From the NCBI GenBank assembly GCA_013239625.1, contig MU054001.1, forward strand, positions 558,001-622,000: a stretch of DNA of 64,000 bases, written 5' to 3'. Under the pieces are notes generated by a model. That model saw nothing but the letters and a program-made list of their open reading frames with translations, was not told the DNA's origin and searched no databases. Each line of letters starts with the position of its first letter. Position 1 is the first letter of the stretch. Of this stretch, positions 60,580 through 64,000 are shown one piece after another. The position numbers and the translations under genes were made by a program. Source of the stretch: Lama guanicoe. Taxonomy: Eukaryota.

Positions 60580-63500
60580 CTTTTTTTAAACCAAGGCATA
60601 ATTTATAGACAATAAATGCACAGATTTTCAATGTGCAGTTCAATAAATTGTAACAAGGGAGTCTACCCATGTAACTGTACACCAAACTGCAGAGCGTTTC
60701 CATCACCCCAGGAAGTTCCCTTCTCCACCTTTGCAATCAGTCCCCTTCCATGAAGCAATCACTTTTCTTATTTCTTTAACCACAGATTAGCTCCACCTGC
60801 TCTAGAACTTTCTATATGGCATCACACAGTAGGTACTCTTTTGTGCCTGGCTTCTGGCTTCTTTTGCTTAAAATGATGTCTTGGAGATTCATGCAGAAAT
60901 TGACTCCTTTTAACTACCAAACAGTATTCCACTGTACGAGAAAACTGCCATTTGTTTGTCAGTTTACTTGTTGATGCTCAAGTTGTTTCCATTTTGGGGC
61001 TATTGGGATGTCTATTTATTATTGATTCAGAGACTTTTTATATAGTTTAGACAAGTCCTTTGTCAGAAATAGGCTTTGCAAATATCTCTCCCAGTCTGTG
61101 TTTTATCTTCTCATCTTCTTAATGCTGTCCTTTGATGAACAGAAATTTTAAATTTTCATTATGTCCATTTTATGATTTTTTTTTTATGACTAGGGCTTTT
61201 TGTATCCTGTCAGAGAACTCTTTGCCAACCACAGGATAGTGCAGATATTCTCCTGTATTTCCTTTTAGGAAACATTGATGCTTTCTAGTTTCAGGTTTCA
61301 TATGAAGGCTTCCCACTTAAATCTAATTTTTGAGTATGGTGTAAAGTAGAGGTCTAGGTTCTTTCCTTCTTTCTTATATATGGATATGCAATTGTTCTAG
61401 CATCATTTGTTGCAAAAACTTTCCTATCCCCCTTGGATGTGTGCGTGTGAGTGTGAGTGTGTGTATTTCAGGACTTTATTCTGCTTCACTGACTTTATCT
61501 ACCTTTGTGCAAGTAACAGTGTCTTTATTAGAGTTTTATAGTAAGTCTTAAAAGCAGGTAGTATAAGTCTTCCAAATTTGTTCTTGTTTTTAAGGTTACT
61601 TTTATTATTCTTTATCTTTTGCATTTTCATGTACATATACAATCAGTTTGTTCATTTCTACTGTGAGCCTCATGAAATTTTGATTGGAATTGCACTGAAT
61701 TTATAGGTTAGAGGAGAACTGACACTTTAGCAATATTAATTTTTCCAATCCCTAAGTGTGTTATATGGTTTAAATTTTTACTTAATAACTTTCTGCAATA
61801 TGTAGCAGTGTTCAGAATACAAGTCTTATCTATCTTTTCTTAAATTTATTTTTGAGTAGTTTTTATGCTTTTCCTGTGATTGTAAATGAATTATTTTTTA
61901 ACTTCATTTTCTGATAGTTTGCTGGTAAAATATTGACTTATAATTAAATTTTGTATATTGACCTCAATTCCTGTGACTTTGCTAAATTTACTTTTCAGTT
62001 GTAGTAGTTTCAGGGGGTAGACTGCGTAGAATGTTTTATATATACAATCATGTCAACTGTAAAAAAGACTGTTTTGCTTCTTTCTTTTTAATTTATACAC
62101 CTCTTTTTTTCTTACATTATTGAACTAGGGCTTCCAGTATATTGTTGAATAGATGCGGAGAGAGTGGAGGTCTTGTTCCCGAACGAAGCAGCATTCAATA
62201 TTTCACCATTAAGTATGACATTCACTGTTGTTTTTTCATAGATGCCCATTATTAGGGTGGTGAATTTCCTTTCTTTTCCTAGTGTTTTGAGATTTTCTTC
62301 ATGAACGGGTGTGACATTTTGTCAGAAGTGTTTTTTGCATCAATTGAGATGTTATTTTTTTCTCTTTGATTCTGTTAATGTGATGAATTACAACTACTGA
62401 TTTCATAATGTAAAACCAACCTTATAATCCTGGCATAGGCTCCACTTATTAATAACATTTAACCTTTTCATATAAGGCTGAATTTGATTTGTTAATACTT
62501 TATTGAGGACTTTGTACATTTATTCATGTAGGATATTGGTCTCTAATTTTCTTTTCTTGTAATGTCTTTGTCAGGTTTTGGTACCAGGGTTATGCTGGCC
62601 TCATTAAACTACTTGAAAAGCATTTCCTTCTATTTTCTCAAAGAGTCTGTTACACAAACACAAGTTTGGTATTAGTTTTGTCTTTGAACCTTTGATAGAA
62701 TTTGTGAGTAAAGCCATCTGGGCCTAGGGTTTTCTTTGTTGAAAGGTTTTAAATTGTGAATTCAATTTTGAAAATGGATATAAAGCTCTTTGAATTTTTC
62801 TATTTCTTCTTGTGCTGATTTTGGTAAAATGTACTTTTTGAGAAATTTGTCCACTTGCTCTAGGTTGTTGAATTTATAGGCATAAAATCATGAATGTTTT
62901 TGTCTTCTTGGAGAATTGAATCCCTTTTCATTCTGTAATAAGCCTTTCTATCACTGGTAATATTTCTTGTCTGAAGTCTAGTTTGATATTAATAAAGCTA
63001 CTTCAGCTTTCTTTTGAATGAGTGCATGGAATATCTTTTTTTATACTTTTACTTTTAATCTATTTATGTCTTTATATTTAAAGCGGTATTCTTGTAGGCA
63101 GCATATAGTTTGGTCTTGCTTTTTATCTAGTCTAACAATCTGTCCTTGAATTAGTGTGGCTTAATGCGATTATTGATATGGTTGAATTAAAATCTACCAT
63201 CTCACCAGCTGTTTCCTATTTGTTCCATTTGTTCTTTGTTTCTTTTTTCCTTTCTTTTTGCCTCCTTGATTAATTGAGCATTTTTTTTATGATTCAATGT
63301 TATTTCCACTATTGAATTACCATGTATACCTCTTCTGAAAAAAAATTAGCAGTTACTTTAGGGTTTACCATGTACATCTTATTTAATCAACATCTACTTT
63401 CAAATAATATCCTGTTTCATGTCTAGTGTACAGACAACAATATATCCCCATTTCTCCTTCTCATTCTTGTTCTATTATTGCTACATATTTACTCTTACAT

Positions 63501-64000
63501 ATGCTATAAATTCACAATACTCCTATTTCTGCTTTAGGTAATTATCTTTCAGAGCAATTAAAATATTAATAAATAAATTTTGAACTTTGTGTACCTTTAG
63601 TTATTCCATTTCTGGTGCTCTTAATTTCTTTGTGTAGAGTCAAGGTTCCGCCGGCTACTGTATTCCTTCTGCCTGAAGAACTTTCTTTAACATTACTTGC
63701 AGTGTGGGTCTACTGGCATTGAATTCACTCAGATTTGTTTTCTGGTTTTGGTTCAGGAAAGTATCTCTTTTTTCTTTTTGAAAGACCTTTTTTCTGGGTA
63801 TAGGATTCTGACTTGACAGGTTTCTGTTGTTCAGCTACAGAGACCCCATTCCTTATCTTCTGTCTTGAGTGGTTTCTGCAGCTCTTATCTTCAATTTTTA
63901 TTCCTCTATATGGTCTATGTCTTTTTTCACTGGCTGCCTTCATAATTTTCTTTGTCTCTGGTTTTCAGCAGCTTGTATAGGATGTGCCTATGATGTGGCA
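60580..64000 (-). mobile_element. Long old LINE-1 (L1M) fragment(s) running off the window end
   Basis: Antisense L1 ORF2 motifs: TTTCACCATTAAGTATGA, GGTACCAGGGTTATGCTGGCCTCAT, GTAAAGCCATCTGGGCCT, CTTGTAGGCAGCATATAGTTTGGTCTTG. Confidence 0.88.

Overview
Mammalian genomic DNA, probably camelid, inferred from two copies of a Vic-1-like tRNA-derived SINE. The window holds the complete three-exon IRX5 homeobox gene on the minus strand (CDS join 18131-17883, 16815-16410, 16232-15436; 483 aa). Its divergently transcribed partner, the CRNDE lncRNA orthologue, lies on the plus strand (~20.25-30.35 kb). Both genes sit in a CpG-island-rich core of about 22 kb with almost no recognisable transposons. 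The flanks are gene desert filled with L1, L2, MIR, MER, MLT and ERV-LTR relics, plus several repeat-free blocks that look like conserved enhancers. Almost all other ORFs in the six-frame track are chance products of GC-rich DNA or repeats. The best lead is a spliced 65-70 aa ORF across three CRNDE exons, related to the human CRNDEP microprotein and apparently kept open by compensating frameshifts. Other leads are an overlapping uORF and tandem NAGNAG acceptors in IRX5, a solo LTR with a tandem NF-Y (CCAAT) array, and an octamer/CTCF/TCF-like motif cluster 3' of IRX5. All comparisons with human sequence are from recall, not alignment, and need checking. Repeat boundaries are approximate.
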